A DNA stretch of 63,145 bases from an uncultured Gammaproteobacteria bacterium (GCA_964397755.1 CAYNJY010000006.1:1-63145), one strand, 5' to 3'. Shown: positions 55,060 to 63,145, counted from the first letter of the stretch. Numbers and translations are program-made. The notes: a model not told the origin generated them from the letters alone.

Positions 55060-56397
55060 TTAAAGTATTTTCCTTCCTATAAGAATTTTGCGAACCTCAA
55101 GCATCGCCGAATACGTGGGTAGGATATATACGTGTGTATCTCTATCAAGGCCGACGCCAAAAGAAATGGCATCCTCAATTTTCTCATACACAAGAATTGG
55201 CGTCTCAGGTTCGCTCACGGCTCCTTTTGGTAGCGTTCGTTTAGGCCTTGCGTACTTTATGCGAAGTGCCATATCGTAGCAACGATCGCCGCTTACGATA
55301 ACAGTTACCCACGCCGGAATCATTTCAAAGTCCACGTCCCAAATCCAGGAAACGTCCCGGCCGTCGGGAATCCTGTCGTTTAGAACAACAAGGAGCACCC
55401 TTGCTCCCATCTCAATGACCGTCCGAAGCGATGCATTGAACCCTGCAGGATTTTTCGATAGAAGGATGCGAACCTTCTTGCCGTTGACCACAAACTCTTC
55501 TTGTCTACCGAAGGCCGGAATAAAGGAATTAAGCGCTCGCCGGATGAGTTGATCGTTAATTCCCAGTGTCTTGCCGACGCTGACCGCGGCAAGAGTATTG
55601 TACTGGTTGTAAAGACCCGGAAGAGAAGATGTCCAAGATGACATGTCCGGTTTGGGTCGTTTCTCACCACAGCGCTCGCAGCGCCACATTCCAAGATGGG
55701 AATAATAAATTCCATCGTACGTCAACCGTCCTGCGCAATGAAGGCAAAAGGTTGAGTCTGTCGCGTGCTCCACTCCCTCAAGAAAACGTTTTCGGTCGTT
55801 TAGTCCGAAGTAGTACGCTCTTCTCTTCATCGCTTTTCCCAGATGCGCCACCTGCGGATCGTCAGCATTAAGGATAACCTTTGTGTCCCCCGGAAGCTTC
55901 CGTAAGGCGCTTTCCCACTTTTCCGCTATCACATCCACCTCCCCGTACCGATCGAGCTGATCCCGAAATAAATTAAGTAATACTACTACAACGTTTAACT
56001 TTAAAAACTTTATGAACTTTAAAACTATTGGCAGTGTGTTCTCATCAACTTCAAAAACTCCCCAGTCTGCTTTGATATTCCCGTTCCATCTCGCCTCATT
56101 AATGAAGACCGAAACTATACCATTGAGGAGATTAGCCCCGCTCGCGTTGTGAATTATTTTGTCTCCTTGAGCTTCAAGGATATTCTTTATCATCAAGGAT
56201 GTCGTCGTTTTCCCGTTAGTACCGGCAATGAGGATGATTCCCTGTCGAAACTCTTTAGTAAGCTCTCGAGCAATACCCGGCCGCAAGGCAAGCGCAATTT
56301 CTCCCGGCCACGTAGCCCCAGCGCCTATATTGAGTCGTCGACTCATTGCACCAATACACTTACAACCTATTACTATCAGGCGCTCAATACCACTCAT
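55060..56397 (-). CDS. murT: lipid II isoglutaminyl synthase, Mur-ligase subunit MurT
   Basis: IAGTNGKTTT P-loop, NLFRDQLDRYGE, four-Cys ribbon CLHC...CERC, and a C-terminal DUF1727-like region. Start at the ATG for MSGIERL. Confidence 0.85.
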   Translation of the reverse strand: MSGIERLIVIGCKCIGAMSRRLNIGAGATWPGEIALALRPGIARELTKEFRQGIILIAGTNGKTTTSLMIKNILEAQGDKIIHNASGANLLNGIVSVFINEARWNGNIKADWGVFEVDENTLPIVLKFIKFLKLNVVVVLLNLFRDQLDRYGEVDVIAEKWESALRKLPGDTKVILNADDPQVAHLGKAMKRRAYYFGLNDRKRFLEGVEHATDSTFCLHCAGRLTYDGIYYSHLGMWRCERCGEKRPKPDMSSWTSSLPGLYNQYNTLAAVSVGKTLGINDQLIRRALNSFIPAFGRQEEFVVNGKKVRILLSKNPAGFNASLRTVIEMGARVLLVVLNDRIPDGRDVSWIWDVDFEMIPAWVTVIVSGDRCYDMALRIKYARPKRTLPKGAVSEPETPILVYEKIEDAISFGVGLDRDTHVYILPTYSAMLEVRKILIGRKIL

Positions 56398-56410
56398 ACG
56401 AAGATCCCTC

Positions 56411-56442
56411 AATTAACCCTAATTATCCTGCAATTATCCTGC
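56411..56442. repeat. three tandem 10-11-mers AATTA(A/T)CC(C)TGC upstream of murT
   Basis: AATTAACCCT AATTATCCTGC AATTATCCTGC read directly. On the minus strand these are GGATAATT boxes 15-45 nt upstream of the murT ATG. Confidence 0.7.
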
Positions 56443-56466
56443 GTGGAATAGTTAAAAGCAAACCAC

Positions 56467-56492
56467 CAATTATCCGCGGCCGCTGATAATTG
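56467..56492 (-). terminator. 26-bp palindrome CAATTATC-CGCGGCCGCT-GATAATTG, candidate htpX terminator
   Basis: Near-perfect inverted repeat with one mismatch pair. On the minus strand it is followed by GTGGTTTGCTTTT. Confidence 0.4.
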
Positions 56493-56553
56493 TAGGTTTC
56501 CCGTTTAGTTCTTGGGGGAAAATAGGCAACACGAACTTCTATTACACCTTCTG

Positions 56554-57450
56554 TTACATTTCTCTAAGACGTTTGATGCGCTCTGCAATCGGTGGGTGGG
56601 TGTTGAAGATCGTAGCAAACCACGCGTGGAACTGTTTGTCTTTAAACGGATTGGTGATGTATAGGTGTGCGGTTGCGTTGGTCGCCGCCTCAAGAACCTC
56701 CCGGTCCTTACCGAGTTTCTCGAGTCCTCGCGCGAGCCCTTCGGGATAGCGTGTAAGGAAAGCACCCGATGCGTCAGCCAAAAACTCCCGCTTACGAGAA
56801 ATGGCTAGCTGCATGAGAGTGGCCATAATGGGCGTGAGTATAGCCAGAACAACGCCAATCAGAAGAAGTATCCCTTGTGCTCCCCGATCATCACGACTCC
56901 TCCCTTTGCCTCCGTACCATAGGCTACGCATAAACATGTCGGAGAGAAAAACGACCGTTCCTGCAAGCACTGCCACGACCGCAAGCAGTCGGGTATCAAA
57001 ATTTTTGATATGAGAGAGTTCATGGGCGATAACACCCTCCAGTTCTCGCCTCTCAAGCTTGGTAAGCAGGCCGGTCGTGGCGCAGACAACGGCGTGGGCT
57101 GGGTCCCGACCGGTCGCAAACGCATTCATTGCGGTGTCTTCAATGACATAGAGCCTGGGCTTAGGAAGGCCAGCGGCAATAGCTAGGTTTCCGGCAACGG
57201 TATAAAAGTCAAAATGAACTTTTCGACTTGCTGGTTTGGCACCGGACATGGCAAGGACGAGCTTATCGCCCCACCAATAACTGGCAAAACTGGAGATGAC
57301 CGAAAATATGACGGCAAACCACATCCAGGATGTCCCGTACCCAAGAGCCTGTCCCAACACGTAGGCAACGACAACAAACAGCGCCACAAACACCGCCATA
57401 ATGACATACGTCTTGGCTACATTGCCCTCAATGTGGGACTGGATGGACAT
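56554..57450 (-). CDS. htpX: HtpX-family M48 zinc protease
   Basis: HELSHIKN zinc motif, four TM helices, and C-terminal FNTHPPIAERI. The ATG at 57450 lies 2 nt after the lemA stop. Confidence 0.9.
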   Translation of the reverse strand: MSIQSHIEGNVAKTYVIMAVFVALFVVVAYVLGQALGYGTSWMWFAVIFSVISSFASYWWGDKLVLAMSGAKPASRKVHFDFYTVAGNLAIAAGLPKPRLYVIEDTAMNAFATGRDPAHAVVCATTGLLTKLERRELEGVIAHELSHIKNFDTRLLAVVAVLAGTVVFLSDMFMRSLWYGGKGRSRDDRGAQGILLLIGVVLAILTPIMATLMQLAISRKREFLADASGAFLTRYPEGLARGLEKLGKDREVLEAATNATAHLYITNPFKDKQFHAWFATIFNTHPPIAERIKRLREM

Positions 57451-57452
57451 AG

Positions 57453-58010
57453 CTAGGAAAAATCCACTGTAATAGTCTTGCGCTCTTCTTCTGAGGCGCC
57501 GAAGAATCCTTTCTCCCGAAAGCCGAACCACTCATTAAAGAGCGTATTCGGGAAGGTACGGACGGCGACATTGTATTCGTTGACGCTGGTGTTGTAATAC
57601 TGGCGTGAATAAGCAATCTTGTCTTCGGTGTCGGAAAGCTCTTTCTGCAGCTGGACAAAGGTATCACTCGCTTTCAACTGAGGATAGCCCTCGGCAACAG
57701 CAAAAAGCTTTCCTAGCGCATCGGTGAGCATATCGCTGGCCTGTGCCTTTTTCGCAAGTGAACCCGCAGTAAGCAGCGCACTGCGGGCTTTTGTTACTTC
57801 TGTAAATACTGTCCTTTCGTGTTTGGCATAGCCTTTGACTGTGTCAACGAGATTGGGAATAAGATCGACCCGGCGCTTAAGCTGCACATCGATTTGGCTC
57901 AGGGCCTCATCAATACGCGTCCGCAGCGACACCAAGCCGTTATAAAGAGACCAGAAGTACAGTGCTACGAGTGCAAATGCTCCTAATACTATCCACGTCG
58001 TTGTATTCAT
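57453..58010 (-). CDS. lemA: LemA-family protein
   Basis: N-terminal TM helix, YNGLVSLR, YAKHERTVFTEVTKAR and QYYNTSVNEYN. Confidence 0.9.
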   Translation of the reverse strand: MNTTTWIVLGAFALVALYFWSLYNGLVSLRTRIDEALSQIDVQLKRRVDLIPNLVDTVKGYAKHERTVFTEVTKARSALLTAGSLAKKAQASDMLTDALGKLFAVAEGYPQLKASDTFVQLQKELSDTEDKIAYSRQYYNTSVNEYNVAVRTFPNTLFNEWFGFREKGFFGASEEERKTITVDFS

Positions 58011-58020
58011 AGTCAGCTTC

Positions 58021-58155
58021 TGTAAAATCCAAAATCAGAATTTCTAAATTCTAAACAACATCAAAATTCTAAAATTCAAAGTTCTAAAATTTTTTTTGAT
58101 TTGGAATTTTGATATTTGGATTTGTTTAGTGCTTAGGATTTGGTGCTTAGGATTT
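58021..58155. repeat. low-complexity A/T-rich spacer built from short repeats
   Basis: TTCTAAA-type heptamers, a T8 run, an imperfect inverted pair (AAATCCAAAATCAGAATTTC / GAATTTTGATATTTGGATTT), and two tandem 14-mers (A/G)GTGCTTAGGATTT at 58128-58155. Confidence 0.75.
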
Positions 58156-59939
58156 TATTTCATGAGCCACTTCTCAAACAAATTATACTCCAAAGTATTT
58201 ACAATGTCACGTGTGCTTGCCCACCCTCGTCGAGCCACCGAAACACCATAGCGCATGAGGTCCATTTGACTTGCCGCGTGCGCGTCGCTATTGACGCACA
58301 ACTTCACTCCCTCCTTAACGGCGTCAAATACCAAAACATCCGGTAAATCCAGCCGCTGCGGATTAGCGTTGATTTCCAAAGCAATCTGATTCGTTTTACA
58401 GACCGAAAAAACCTCTGCCCAGTCAAGCTCGATGCCTTCTCTGCTGTTTATGCGCCGGGCCGTAGGATGTCCGAAGATCCGAACCTTAGGATGAGAACTA
58501 AGAGCCCGGATGACCCGTTGGGTCATTTTTTTCCGCTCTTGAGTGAAGCTTGAATGGATCGAGACTATGAGGGCGTCCACAAACGGAAATGCTTCTTGGG
58601 GCAGTGCCAATTGCCCGTCCGGAAGGATATCTACCTCACACATGATGAATAAATGTACTCGTTCGCCAGCTGACGTTTGAGCACTTTTGTTCCACGAGGA
58701 AAAAACGTGTTCATAATAGGCTTTCCTGCGCTTCATTATGTCAATAATTTGTTTTGGCGACTGGTCGGTGATTTTCGGGTTGTGATCGCTTAGACCGATG
58801 TACCCGTATCCCATCTGTGCCGCTTCATCCAGATACGACTCGAGCGGATCCGCTCCCAGGTCATGCGACGATTTGAGGTCGTAGTTGGTATGAATATGCA
58901 GGTCTCCCTTGATATCCTGCAAAGTAACCAGCTGAGGAAGCTTCCCTGTAGAGGATGCTTCAATCTCACCCTTATCTTCCCGAAGCTCAGGCGGAATCCA
59001 TGACAGATGTAGCGCCTTATAAAACTCCTCCTCCGTTTGGAAGGATCGCATCCTTCCAGTCTTGACGTCCTTGATGCCGTGTTCCGACAACGAAAGGCCG
59101 TGCGAGAGCGCGTATTCTCGCAGTTTGATGTTGTGGTTTTTGGAACCGGTAAAGTACTGCAGCATCGCGCCGTACGCCTGAAGATTCTGGACCCGTAAAT
59201 CAACTTGTCTGCCGTTTGCAAGATGGAGTGTCGCGCCGGTCGGACCCTTTTCGACGAGTCTCTGGTGGGGAAAGCGGACAAAATGCTCAACGACGTCTTC
59301 AGGCTTCGTGGTGGCGGCAGCCAGATCGATATCGCCGATCGTCGCCACCTGGCGCCTGAGGCTACCTAGGGTGTCCACCCGCTCAACTGCCGGGTGTTTT
59401 TTGAGGTACGACACGACCTCCTGAGCGATGGCGTCGGCTACCGGAAGCTCCATGCGGTTCTCTTTGATCTGACCACGTTTGTAGATTGAAATAGCCTCAA
59501 GAATATCCTGTTCAGACTTCTGCCCAAAACCCTCGATGGGGGCGATTCTCCCGGACTTCGCAGCTTTTTCCAGGTCAGAAATGACGCTCTTCGGCTTGCT
59601 CAGCTTTAGCGCAGAAACGAGCTTAAATGCCTTTTTTGGCCCGACGCCCGGCACTGACAGGAGAGGGAATACACTAGCAGGCAATTTGGCTAAAACACTC
59701 TCCCAATGCTTCACGCGACCGCTCCTGAAAAGCTCATCAAGGTGTCCTGCGATAGCTGCTCCCACAGCGGGAATCTCGCTCAGTTTTCCATCATCCCAAT
59801 AGTCCTTCACTTCACTCGTCAGGTGCTCGATGCTGTCGGCAGCTCTCTCATACGCAATAATCTTAAAGCGGTTTTCTTCAAGAATTTGGTATGCAGCAGC
59901 TACTCGGCGAAGCTCTTCAACTATTTTCTGATTTGTCAT
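58155..59939 (-). CDS. polX: family X DNA polymerase with C-terminal PHP domain
   Basis: HhH-rich N-terminus (IVEELRRVAAAYQILEENRFKIIAYERAA), GSLRRQVATIGDIDL nucleotidyltransferase motif, and PHP motifs GDLHIHTNYD and GLSDHN. Confidence 0.9.
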   Translation of the reverse strand: MTNQKIVEELRRVAAAYQILEENRFKIIAYERAADSIEHLTSEVKDYWDDGKLSEIPAVGAAIAGHLDELFRSGRVKHWESVLAKLPASVFPLLSVPGVGPKKAFKLVSALKLSKPKSVISDLEKAAKSGRIAPIEGFGQKSEQDILEAISIYKRGQIKENRMELPVADAIAQEVVSYLKKHPAVERVDTLGSLRRQVATIGDIDLAAATTKPEDVVEHFVRFPHQRLVEKGPTGATLHLANGRQVDLRVQNLQAYGAMLQYFTGSKNHNIKLREYALSHGLSLSEHGIKDVKTGRMRSFQTEEEFYKALHLSWIPPELREDKGEIEASSTGKLPQLVTLQDIKGDLHIHTNYDLKSSHDLGADPLESYLDEAAQMGYGYIGLSDHNPKITDQSPKQIIDIMKRRKAYYEHVFSSWNKSAQTSAGERVHLFIMCEVDILPDGQLALPQEAFPFVDALIVSIHSSFTQERKKMTQRVIRALSSHPKVRIFGHPTARRINSREGIELDWAEVFSVCKTNQIALEINANPQRLDLPDVLVFDAVKEGVKLCVNSDAHAASQMDLMRYGVSVARRGWASTRDIVNTLEYNLFEKWLMK

Positions 59940-59960
59940 ACTCCCATGCTAACAAATCCA

Positions 59961-59989
59961 TTGACCAGCTACAAACCACATGATACTAT
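59961..59989 (+). promoter_or_regulatory. promoter TTGACC-17 nt-TACTAT with TG extension, upstream of tRNA-Asp
   Basis: TTGACC (59961-59966), a 17-nt spacer, and TGATACTAT (59981-59989). Confidence 0.5.
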
Positions 59990-60070
59990 GCTTTCGGCTC
60001 ATCGCGAGGATACGCGTTTCTTTTAAGGGATCGGAGCTTAGTCTGGTCTAAAGCAGTCCCGCAGCAATAA

Positions 60071-60148
60071 GGACCCGTGGTGTAGCCTGGTTAACACGCG
60101 TCCCTGTCAAGGACGAGATCACCGGTTCAAATCCGGCCGGGTCCGCCA
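60071..60148 (+). tRNA. tRNA-Asp(GUC), CCA encoded
   Basis: Acceptor GGACCCG/CGGGTCC, anticodon stem CGTCC/GGACG with loop CTGTCAA, T loop TTCAAAT, 3' end GCCA. Confidence 0.9.
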
Positions 60149-60218
60149 CGTCAAATATACTCTTGTATGTCTGACGTGCTGTCGAATAACCACTGCCTGG
60201 AATGGAGGAAAAAGTATC

Positions 60219-60767
60219 ATGTGGAAAACGCTCCAGAAAAAATTGCAATCGACCGATTCAGTTATTTCTCTGCTTTTGGGTTTGGCGGTCGTTATGGTGA
60301 TTGGATCTTTACTGTTTAATTACGTCCGGACTCGCCGGCCAGGTACAGTCAAAAAAAGTGAAGAGGCGGCGAAAACCGAAACGCAGCAGCCGACAGGACT
60401 GCCAACGACCCATACTGTAAAAGAGGATGAGACGCTGTGGTCGATTGCTGAGACATATTACAAAAGCGGCTACAACTGGGTTGACGTTCAAAAAGCTAAT
60501 TCATTGTCCAATCCCGACTGGATTGAAGTCGGTCAAAACCTGACAATTCCTATGGCTACTCCCATCTTCCCGCCGGGCCAAGTTTCATCAACCGGGACAG
60601 TGAGTACGGCCGAAAAAAAGTCCTATACGGTGGTAAGCGGAGATACTCTTTGGGATATCGCCGCCAAAACCTATAGCGATCCTTATCGCTGGCCGGAAGT
60701 TGCTCAGGCAAATACTCTGGCCAACCCGGATTTGATCCATAGCGGAAACGTCATAGTCCTACCGTAG
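60219..60767 (+). CDS. membrane-anchored protein with two LysM domains
   Basis: N-terminal TM helix. The LysM repeats are HTVKEDETLWSIAETYY...IEVGQNLTIP and YTVVSGDTLWDIAAKTY...IHSGNVIVLP. GGAGGA lies upstream of the ATG. Confidence 0.85.
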   Translation: MWKTLQKKLQSTDSVISLLLGLAVVMVIGSLLFNYVRTRRPGTVKKSEEAAKTETQQPTGLPTTHTVKEDETLWSIAETYYKSGYNWVDVQKANSLSNPDWIEVGQNLTIPMATPIFPPGQVSSTGTVSTAEKKSYTVVSGDTLWDIAAKTYSDPYRWPEVAQANTLANPDLIHSGNVIVLP

Positions 60768-60861
60768 CGATAGACGTAATACAATGGCAGTAGAGATTCT
60801 GACTTTTACCCGTATGCTTACGGGTGGTAGTTCAGCTGTAGCATAGCCTAGTACAATTTTT

Positions 60862-60932
60862 GCGGGTGTAGTTGATCGGCTCAACGCTACCTTCCCAAGG
60901 TAGAAAGGGCGGTTCGACTCCGCTCACCCGCT
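60862..60932 (+). tRNA. tRNA-Gly(CCC)
   Basis: Acceptor GCGGGTG/CACCCGC, anticodon stem CTACC/GGTAG with loop TTCCCAA, T arm GGCGG-TTCGACT-CCGCT. No encoded CCA. Confidence 0.85.
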
Positions 60933-61002
60933 CAAAATTTTTATGTCCATCGGCGGTTGTGGAGTTTGCTTGCTTGTGGTAAGTAATAAGTCTGATATTA
61001 TT

Positions 61003-63145
61003 ATGAGCATTACCAAATTATTCTCCTGGACATTTTTAGGGATAGCCGTTGTCTTATTTTTTTCTTTCTCGACTGTCCTATCTCTTGTCACTGACTGGTG
61101 GTGGTTCTCTGAAGTTGACTTTACCCAAATTTTCATCAAATCACTCGGTACCAAAATCGTTCTTGGTCTCATCGCTGGTTTGTTTGCGGCTACCTTTCTT
61201 CTGACGAACTTCCTGGTTGCCATGCGTTCAAAAATTCCCTGGATGTTGGCTATTCCCGAGGCCTTGATCGGCCAAGCCTTGAGTCTGAATAACAATATAG
61301 TAAAAAGGGTCGGAATTGTTGCGTGTTTATTCGTCGCTTTGTTTATCGGCCTGGTCGCCGCCGGCAACTGGCAGGACGTTTTGAAGTTTTTGGCCGCCAC
61401 CCCATTTGGCCAAACCGACCCATTATTTGGCCGCGACGTGGCGTTCTACGTATTTTCCCTTCCGGTATATTCTTTGGTGTTGGGTCTTACTAAAACTCTG
61501 ATTGTTATCTCCCTGGTCGGATGCGGCCTGATCTATCTTCTTCGCGGCAGTTTGAATTTTTCTACGCTCTTGGGGAAATTCAACCTCAACAGTTTGTCAG
61601 AAAAACTTGGTGGCCCACCCATCAAGTTGATCAAACATTCTGCCACCGATCAAAAGGCTAGGCTCCATATCGGAATTCTGCTATTTCTTTTCCTGGCGAC
61701 CGTGGCAATCGGCACCTATCTTTCCCTCTTCAACCTCCTTACCACCCAAAGTGGACCGGTATTCGGCGCGGCATTTACCGATGCCAACGTCATAATCCCC
61801 ATCATAAAAATTTCCGTCTTTGCCTATGGACTGGCCGCTATTCTGGCATTGTTCTATGGCGTAAGCGGAAAAATTTCCCCTCTAGTTGGCGCTATCTCTT
61901 TAACTGTTTTGGTTGGTTTGGTTTCCGGCATCATCCCTGATGTCTTTCAAAAATTAATCGTTGCTCCCAACGAACTGGTGAAAGAAACGCCGTTCATAAA
62001 GCATAATATTGAAGCTACCCGCAAAGCGTATGGACTAGATAGAATCGAAGAACGGGAAATTACCGCGGATAAACCCATTACCGCATTTGATATCGCGGCG
62101 AATAATCTGACGATAAAAAATGTGAGGCTTTGGGATAGAGCACCGCTTCTCTCCACCTTTTCTCAAATCCAAGAGATCAGAACCTATTACGAGTTTGCAA
62201 GCGTGGATAACGACCGCTACACCATAGATGGAGAAGTGCGCCAAATCATGCTTTCGCCGAGAGAGTTGGCTTCCGACAGCCTTCCCAACAAAGCCTGGAT
62301 CAATGAACGGTTGACGTTCACCCATGGCTATGGCGTGGCTGCCGGACCAGTAAATCAAGTGACTCCCGAGGGGCTACCGGTACTGTTCGTCAAAGACTTA
62401 CCCCCCAAATCGGAAGTGAAAGAACTCGTAGTCAATAGACCGGAGATTTACTTTGGCGAGCTGGTAAACGACTATGTGATCGTCAAAACGAAATCAAAAG
62501 AGTTCGACTACCCCAAAGGAGAAGAGAATGTGTACACCACCTATACAGGAAAAGGCGGAGTAGAACTCAACTCTCCTTTACGACGACTCTTCTATCCCTT
62601 ACGCTTTGCCTCGCTCAAAATGCTTTTGTCTGGCGACATAACCCGCGAAAGTCGTATTCTTTACAATCGAAATGTAAAAGAGAGAGTGGTAAAAGTTGCG
62701 CCGTTTTTAACCTACGATCGCGATCCGTATCTGGTCGTTGCCGAAGGCAAGCTCTATTGGATCATCGACGCGTACACTTCAACCGACAGATACCCGTATT
62801 CCCAGCCGTTGGCTCTCAATGGTAGCCCTTCGACTGGTTCGACTGGACTCACCACAAGTTCTCTCAGGGTGAACTACATCAGAAATTCGGTCAAGGCAGT
62901 GGTGGATGCGTATGACGGAACGCTGAATTTTTATCAAGCCGATTCGGACGATCCGATTATCAAAACCTACGCAAAAATGTTTCCAAAAACCTTCCGCCCA
63001 CTTTCTGACATGCCCAAGAGTCTCATGCCTCATCTGCGTTACCCGGAAGATATTTTTACTCTGCAGACGGCTGTGTACACTACCTACCACATGGATGATC
63101 CGCAAATCTTTTACAACAAAGAGGATCTGTGGGAAATACCAGCCA
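61003..63145 (+). CDS. UPF0182-family large membrane protein (5' partial; continues past the window end)
   Basis: Not in the ORF track because no stop occurs before the window end. My own translation gives MSITKLFSWTFLGIAVVLFFS...TDWWWFSEVDF...YIRNSVKAVVDAYDGTLNFY...RYPEDIFTLQTAVYTTYHMDDPQIFYNKEDLWEIP, typical of UPF0182. An in-frame ATG also exists at 60943. Confidence 0.8.
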   Translation, partial: MSITKLFSWTFLGIAVVLFFSFSTVLSLVTDWWWFSEVDFTQIFIKSLGTKIVLGLIAGLFAATFLLTNFLVAMRSKIPWMLAIPEALIGQALSLNNNIVKRVGIVACLFVALFIGLVAAGNWQDVLKFLAATPFGQTDPLFGRDVAFYVFSLPVYSLVLGLTKTLIVISLVGCGLIYLLRGSLNFSTLLGKFNLNSLSEKLGGPPIKLIKHSATDQKARLHIGILLFLFLATVAIGTYLSLFNLLTTQSGPVFGAAFTDANVIIPIIKISVFAYGLAAILALFYGVSGKISPLVGAISLTVLVGLVSGIIPDVFQKLIVAPNELVKETPFIKHNIEATRKAYGLDRIEEREITADKPITAFDIAANNLTIKNVRLWDRAPLLSTFSQIQEIRTYYEFASVDNDRYTIDGEVRQIMLSPRELASDSLPNKAWINERLTFTHGYGVAAGPVNQVTPEGLPVLFVKDLPPKSEVKELVVNRPEIYFGELVNDYVIVKTKSKEFDYPKGEENVYTTYTGKGGVELNSPLRRLFYPLRFASLKMLLSGDITRESRILYNRNVKERVVKVAPFLTYDRDPYLVVAEGKLYWIIDAYTSTDRYPYSQPLALNGSPSTGSTGLTTSSLRVNYIRNSVKAVVDAYDGTLNFYQADSDDPIIKTYAKMFPKTFRPLSDMPKSLMPHLRYPEDIFTLQTAVYTTYHMDDPQIFYNKEDLWEIPA

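Noticed and set aside
58021-58155. Possible CRISPR array or CRISPR-like repeats in the repeat-rich spacers (58021-58155, 56411-56442, 41562-41587).
   Set aside because: The repeat units are only 7-15 nt and are directly adjacent or nearly so, with no unique spacers of 25-40 nt. No cas genes are in the window.
60809-60826. Hairpin ACCCGTA-TGCT-TACGGGT after the LysM gene, considered as an intrinsic terminator.
   Set aside because: The stem is short and is not followed by a T-tract. It may still be a processing site or a weak terminator, but support is insufficient to list it as a feature.
60924-61400. 158-aa minus-strand ORF.
   Set aside because: It is antisense to the UPF0182 gene, whose plus-strand frame stays open to the window end and carries family-typical motifs. 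The ORF also overlaps the tRNA-Gly(CCC) 3' end.

Overview
This 63-kb window reads like a small-genome bacterium, probably of the CPR/Patescibacteria type. That placement is an inference from gene content: a stand-alone CxxC-x17-CxxC zinc-ribbon protein, shortened holA and atpH, insertions in conserved proteins, archaeal-type sugar-phosphate enzymes and a murT/gatD pair. All homology calls come from recognising motifs in the supplied translations; no searches were run.

I support 58 CDS (51 on the minus strand, many joined by ATGA or TAATG overlaps). I also support 8 canonical tRNA genes, one atypical tRNA-like gene, one tRNA 5'-half fragment, and a SAM-I riboswitch with an intrinsic terminator ahead of metK.

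Main gene blocks:
- A tRNA cluster at the left edge.
- uvrB / uvrA / transglutaminase-like / uvrC, divergent from lexA.
- An 11.5-kb gluconeogenesis and hexose-phosphate string: PMM, IMPase-family, PGI/PMI, ppsA, eno, gpmI, bifunctional FBP aldolase/phosphatase and an AMP-forming acyl-CoA synthetase.
- rarA-metK.
- A UmuC-like Y-family polymerase with a small upstream ORF.
- tdk, then tRNA-Glu with a GNAT (Acetyltransf_6) gene and a CofE-like ligase.
- rplS and pyrG.
- A full F1Fo ATP synthase operon that continues into a CBS protein and a 380-aa orphan.
- dnaE, a GGDEF protein, gatCAB, a HAD hydrolase, gatD-murT, lemA-htpX and polX.
- A LysM protein and a partial UPF0182 membrane protein.

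No transposase, integrase, CRISPR array, rRNA or recognisable defence gene is visible, and TGA behaves as a stop codon.

The most unusual sequence-level signal is a set of short A/T-rich tandem repeats with periods of 7 to 15 nt, together with small palindromic elements. They sit inside conserved ORFs (dinB-like, acs, gatB twice, gatD twice, murT) and in neighbouring spacers, and several coincide with apparent in-frame insertions.

Other points worth follow-up:
- A 36-bp palindrome between the polymerase operon and tdk.
- The tRNA-Glu / GNAT / gamma-glutamyl-ligase trio.
- The orphan and CBS genes at the tail of the atp operon.
- The secreted-type transglutaminase-like gene, which is translationally coupled to uvrC.
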